IMG/VR virus record: IMGVR_UViG_3300031950_000001
Location: 64,001 to 128,000 of that record
DNA: 64,000 nt
Strand: one strand, 5' to 3'
From: a virus
Shown: one piece after another, positions 60,387 through 64,000 of the stretch
How positions within the stretch are numbered: the first letter of the stretch is position 1
How the letters are laid out: each line of letters begins with the position of its first letter
Made by a program: the position numbers and the translations under genes
The notes under the pieces: model-generated
What the model was told of the DNA's origin: nothing
The model's input: the letters and a program-made list of their open reading frames with translations, nothing else
The model's database searches: none

Positions 60387-61254
60387 AGTCGTAGAAGCCT
60401 GCGTCGTCGTATCCGATCTTCATTGTGGCTGTCAATTGGGCTTGTGCCACGAGAAGAGCATTCTTCTTGACGAAGGGGGCTTTTACACTCCCTCCGAACT
60501 TCAGCAAAAATTGTGGAAATGGTGGCGCGAATTTTGGGATGAATGGGTTCCGTTTGTTACAGGAAATGAACCGTATTGTGTCGTCGTTAATGGCGATGTT
60601 ATCGACGGGGTTCATCATCGATCCGTAACGCAAATTACGCATAATTTGGCCGATCAGATCAAAATTGCGCACCTGATTCTATCCGAAGTTGCCGAGCGTT
60701 GTGATCATCGATTGTTCTTCATTCGTGGCACGGAGGCTCATGCCGGCCCTAGCGCCGAATATGAGGAGCTTTTGGCGAAAGAGTTGGGGGCAATAAAGGC
60801 TAGAGACGGCAAATCATCCCGGTACGACCTTCTTTTAGAAATAGGCGGAGGGCTGGCTCATTTTGCCCATCACATTTCTGTGTCCGGGTCGATGCACTAT
60901 GAAAGCACGGCCCTGATGAAGGAGCTATCGGAGTCCTTCGTTGAGTGTACGCGATGGGGATCACGACATCCTGATATGATTGTGCGAAGCCATCGGCACC
61001 GCCACATGGAAGTACGGTGTTATACGGCTTCTGGGTTGACGACGGTTGTCACCACGCCAGGATGGCAACTAAAAACACCGTTTGCCTACAAAATGCCTGG
61101 TGCAAGACCGGCTCTTCCCCAGATAGGGGGTATTGTGATAAGATGGCATAAAAATACCCTGTTTACTCAGGCGTTTATCAAAAACATTCAACATGCAGAA
61201 CCGGAGTTAGTCTATGTCAAGAAGTCAAATCACCGTCGACGAGTTACTTCGTGA
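60331..61254 (+). CDS. calcineurin-like metallophosphoesterase
   Basis: SDLH, NGDVIDG, RGTEAH and SHRH motifs. Confidence 0.85.
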   Translation: MSRHTRTRPKAPKRTAKHKVVEACVVVSDLHCGCQLGLCHEKSILLDEGGFYTPSELQQKLWKWWREFWDEWVPFVTGNEPYCVVVNGDVIDGVHHRSVTQITHNLADQIKIAHLILSEVAERCDHRLFFIRGTEAHAGPSAEYEELLAKELGAIKARDGKSSRYDLLLEIGGGLAHFAHHISVSGSMHYESTALMKELSESFVECTRWGSRHPDMIVRSHRHRHMEVRCYTASGLTTVVTTPGWQLKTPFAYKMPGARPALPQIGGIVIRWHKNTLFTQAFIKNIQHAEPELVYVKKSNHRRRVTS

Positions 61255-61495
61255 GATTAAGCGTATTGAGCAGTCCCAAGATGGTATTACGACCAAAGAA
61301 TTAGCCAACAAGCTTGGCGTTTCCGAAGCGACTGCTCTACGAAGGATACGGGAGCTACACGCGAGAGGCCTTATAAAAATCGGGTTTCGTCGCGCGGCAA
61401 ATATTCTCGGCAATCCTACGTTTGTGCCCGTCTACACGCTCAGTGCCAAGGCGTCTCCGACTAAAAATACAAGAAGAAGGGCAAAATCAACATGA
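61214..61495 (+). CDS. winged-HTH DNA-binding protein
   Basis: ITTKELANKLGVSEATALRRIRELHARGLI. Confidence 0.8.
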   Translation: MSRSQITVDELLREIKRIEQSQDGITTKELANKLGVSEATALRRIRELHARGLIKIGFRRAANILGNPTFVPVYTLSAKASPTKNTRRRAKST

Positions 61496-62097
61496 CTATC
61501 GTCGAATCGATCCTTAAGATAATGCTTGCTATCCTTAGGATAGTATTTGGCGTAATCGCTCTTATTGCGAACTATATTTATCAAGGAGCGAAATACATGG
61601 TCGAGAAGCATCCCGAATTCACTCTCGGTTTTATCGTGGCGTCGGCTTTATTTATTGTCGTAATCCTTCTGACAACAAGCTGCGGACCGGGTGGGGGTGA
61701 CAATGCTGTTGCCAAGGAATATTATGCGGATGCAATAAGGGCTCTGAACGGCAGAACAATCATTATAAAAGCGCGTATTCTTGCGCGAAGTCGTGTCTAT
61801 CTCAGCGGCGTAGAGACGCCTTTAGAGGACGCTCCATTTGGATCCGAAGCTCGTCAGACATTAAATCGGTTAGTTGCCGGGCAACGTATCTTTGTAAAGC
61901 AGATGAAGGGCGATCCTGACAACAGCGGCATCGTTTGGAATGAGTACGGCCAGTGCGTCCAACAGCAGCTTGTCAAAGACGGATTGGCCCGATGCACGGG
62001 TAAACTATGGCGAGCGGAAGAGGACGAGGCAAAACGTAATAAACGGGGTATATGGAGCGTTAAAAACGTCGAAGAGCTGTTTGAGGCTAAAAACTAA
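61492..62097 (+). CDS. membrane-anchored thermonuclease (SNase)-like protein, possibly degenerate
   Basis: VYLSGVETP, FGSEAR, LVKDGLA, EDEAKRNKRGIWS; canonical DGDT appears as NGRT. Confidence 0.75.
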   Translation: MTIVESILKIMLAILRIVFGVIALIANYIYQGAKYMVEKHPEFTLGFIVASALFIVVILLTTSCGPGGGDNAVAKEYYADAIRALNGRTIIIKARILARSRVYLSGVETPLEDAPFGSEARQTLNRLVAGQRIFVKQMKGDPDNSGIVWNEYGQCVQQQLVKDGLARCTGKLWRAEEDEAKRNKRGIWSVKNVEELFEAKN

Positions 62098-62174
62098 CGA
62101 TAAATTAGCGAAAATTGCGGCATTTAATATTGGGATGGCCAAGTTAATTTGGCCATCCCAATTTTTTTATTAAT

Positions 62175-62240
62175 GGGCCGGACCGGACGTTGAGGCGGGT
62201 TTTGAGCCCGTCGAAGTGGGTTCGACTCCCACCCGGCCTG
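62175..62240 (+). tRNA. tRNA-Gln(UUG)-like gene with truncated D-arm
   Basis: Acceptor GGGCCGG/CCGGCCT, anticodon arm GCGGG-TTTTGAG-CCCGT, T arm GTGGG-TTCGACT-CCCAC; D region only 13 nt; no encoded CCA. Confidence 0.6.
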
Positions 62241-62327
62241 CTTTTTTAGGACTGACGACCAGCTATTCCCGCCTGGCTGGTCGTCAGTTGGTGATCGGCG
62301 GGAGGCTCTTTTTTTAGTGGAGATGTT

Positions 62328-62984
62328 ATGATGGATTGGGCAAGTTGGGACGATGTCATCCGCTGGGCGTTCAGCCCAGCAACCAATGTTGAGGAACTCC
62401 AGGAGGCCCTCGAAGCGGCCTCCCTAGAAGAGTTCGAGACCCGGGAACCGAAAGCGGTTTCCGAAGAGGCCAAACGGGCGGCGTACCAACTAGCGGTGGC
62501 GCTGGGTCGATGCCGGGCGTTTGGGGTCCTTGTCCCCGTGGACATAGATGGCACCTTACATCCGCAGGTAGCCATCGCCGCGGCGGAGATAGGAGAAACT
62601 TTCCTTCGACAATGGATCGAGCGCGCGGAACAATTGGGTGTCCGGTGGGTCCACGCCGAACCGGAATTGGCCGAAACAATGGGCGCCGAGTTATTAGAAG
62701 CCCGAATGGAAGCCCTCTTCGTTCTGGAGGCTCTTTCCGAAGCGCAAGATGCGAGCTGGAACGAGCCGGCTTCCGCAGAACTCGGGGATGCAGTGAATCG
62801 ATACGTTGATGCGCTCGAGGCCTTCGACAAGGCCCTGCAGACCCCGGGAACCATCGGGCTGCTCTCTACCGCGGTTCACCTGCCGCTTTTGGAGAATTGG
62901 CGGCAGAGTTTAGCCGGCCATTACAAGGAGGTTTTGCCCTGGTGGCTGGACGGAACGCTGGAGAGAGCGATCCAGCAAAATTAA
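62328..62984 (+). CDS. hypothetical acidic helical protein (GC-rich)
   Basis: GGAG RBS; followed by a terminator. Confidence 0.75.
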   Translation: MMDWASWDDVIRWAFSPATNVEELQEALEAASLEEFETREPKAVSEEAKRAAYQLAVALGRCRAFGVLVPVDIDGTLHPQVAIAAAEIGETFLRQWIERAEQLGVRWVHAEPELAETMGAELLEARMEALFVLEALSEAQDASWNEPASAELGDAVNRYVDALEAFDKALQTPGTIGLLSTAVHLPLLENWRQSLAGHYKEVLPWWLDGTLERAIQQN

Positions 62985-62992
62985 GTTTTTCT

Positions 62993-63040
62993 GGCAGTCG
63001 TCCGGATTGTCCCCTCCGATCCGGACGGCTGCCGTTTTTT
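62993..63040 (+). terminator. probable intrinsic terminator
   Basis: GGCAGTCGTCCGGAT/ATCCGGACGGCTGCC stem followed by T6. Confidence 0.75.
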
Positions 63041-63082
63041 AGCTATGCAAAAATTTGATTCCGGAATCAAAAATGCTACCGG

Positions 63083-64000
63083 ACAAGACGGCCGTTGTGC
63101 GCTACCTCTGATAGGGGGGTCGTATTCGACCTTCTCTATTGGAGGTTAAAAAAGCAGGGGCCTTTTTTTGGGCCTGCGTGTCGAACGGCGCCCATTTCAT
63201 GTGGCCCATTCGACCCGCCGCCGACAACGGCCGTCTTGTTCTTTTTTCCTGTTTATGCGAAAATGCGCGGACAAGACGGCCGTTGTGCGCTACCTCTGAT
63301 AGGGGGGTCGTATTCGGCTTTCTCTATTGGAGGTTTAAAAGTCGGCCCTTGGGCTCGACTGGCGAAGGCGCTATGTCACGTGCTCCCTTTGGACGCACGT
63401 TCCTTGCGCCTCTTCGTACAGCCGCCGACAACGGCCGTCTTGTTCTTTTTTTCCTGTTTTATGCGTATTTTCTAATCGAAACAGAAAAAATACACGACGG
63501 CCGTTGTGCGCTGCCTCTGATAGGGACCGTACTCGGATTCCCTATTGGAGGCTAAAGTTGGCCTTCGGGCTTTGTCTGGCGATGTGTGCTCATTACACGT
63601 GAAACATTCCATGCTTTCGCATTCCATGTTTAGCACGTTCCATTCGACACCTCGCCAGCCGCCGACAACGGCCGTCTTGTATTTTTTCTGTTTCGATTAG
63701 AAAATACGCATAGACAAGACGGCTGCCTGTACGTGTCCTCTGAATGGACGGACCATTCGCCAATCTGTTTTAGAGCTTAACGAAAGATTAGATTCAGCAA
63801 AAAGTAAGTGGCGATTGCGTTCCGCCAATCGACCACAACCATTTGCTTCACGACAGCAGCCGTCCTGTCCACGCTCTGCGTGCAAGATAGGATAAAGCGC
63901 GGACAAGACGGCCGTTGTGCGTTGCCTCTGATAGGGGGTCGTATTCGGCTTTCTCTATTGGGGGTTGAAAGTTGGCCCTTGGGCTCGACTGGCGAACGTC
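63083..64000 (+). ncRNA. tandem array of structured, inverted-repeat-closed units (retron msr-msd-like), at least 5 units, truncated by window end
   Basis: Units at 63083-63239, 63271-63443, 63492-63680, 63713-63869 and 63903->64000; arms ACAAGACGGCCGTTGT/ACAACGGCCGTCTTGT; conserved and variable internal hairpins. Confidence 0.75.

Larger units (their letters stand above)
7104..62134 (+). promoter_or_regulatory. putative phage promoter motif GGCATTTAATAwTGGG, 4 copies
   Basis: At 7104, 15543, 32984 and 62119; all intergenic, same strand, each followed by a hairpin. Confidence 0.65.
3499..63070. repeat. dispersed perfect palindrome TTGATTCCGGAATCAA, 13 copies
   Basis: Starts at 3499, 7019, 15499, 20336, 24339, 30239, 32942, 37304, 45312, 45368, 49476, 55758 and 63055; degenerate copy at 45252. 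Confidence 0.95.

Noticed and set aside
63591-63606. parS-like CATTACACGTGAAACA
   Set aside because: Single imperfect copy forming one arm of the unit 3 variable hairpin; probably coincidental.
63095-63906. ORFs 63095..63475, 63139..63555 and 63697..63906
   Set aside because: They translate the repeats, lack RBSs and have no protein-like features.
63083-64000. CRISPR array interpretation of the terminal repeats
   Set aside because: The period is ~190-220 bp, repeats come as inverted pairs enclosing structured interiors, and no cas genes are present in the window.

Overview
A 64 kb segment of a large tailed (probably myovirus-like) phage genome. Almost all genes are on the + strand. It carries tail/baseplate-like genes (1-7 kb, including a G/GT-type -1 frameshift), paralogous gene expansions, Mre11/Rad50, RuvC, an IS607 (tnpA+tnpB) inserted into a secreted trypsin-like protease gene plus an orphan tnpB/omegaRNA remnant, and a repeat-rich fibre-like protein. 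A replication module follows (SF2 helicase, DnaB, DnaG, UDG-fused family A polymerase, SSB-like, UvsX/RecA), then DUF5664, terminase, portal, a LigD-PE/ATP-ligase fusion and a protease/lipoprotein cluster that weakly suggests a Planctomycetota host. The non-coding DNA is the most interesting part. (i) From 63083 to the window edge is a tandem array of ~190-220 bp units, each closed by an inverted repeat and holding conserved + strand RNA hairpins plus a variable hairpin better formed on the - strand. This resembles retron msr-msd ncRNAs repeated as an array; no RT is visible in the window, so one is predicted beyond 64000. (ii) Thirteen perfect copies of the palindrome TTGATTCCGGAATCAA lie every 3-8 kb at gene boundaries. 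(iii) A ~445 nt nested-stem element lies at 39984-40428. (iv) A tRNA-Gln-like gene with a truncated D-arm lies at 62175. All protein calls come from motif recognition by eye, without database searches.
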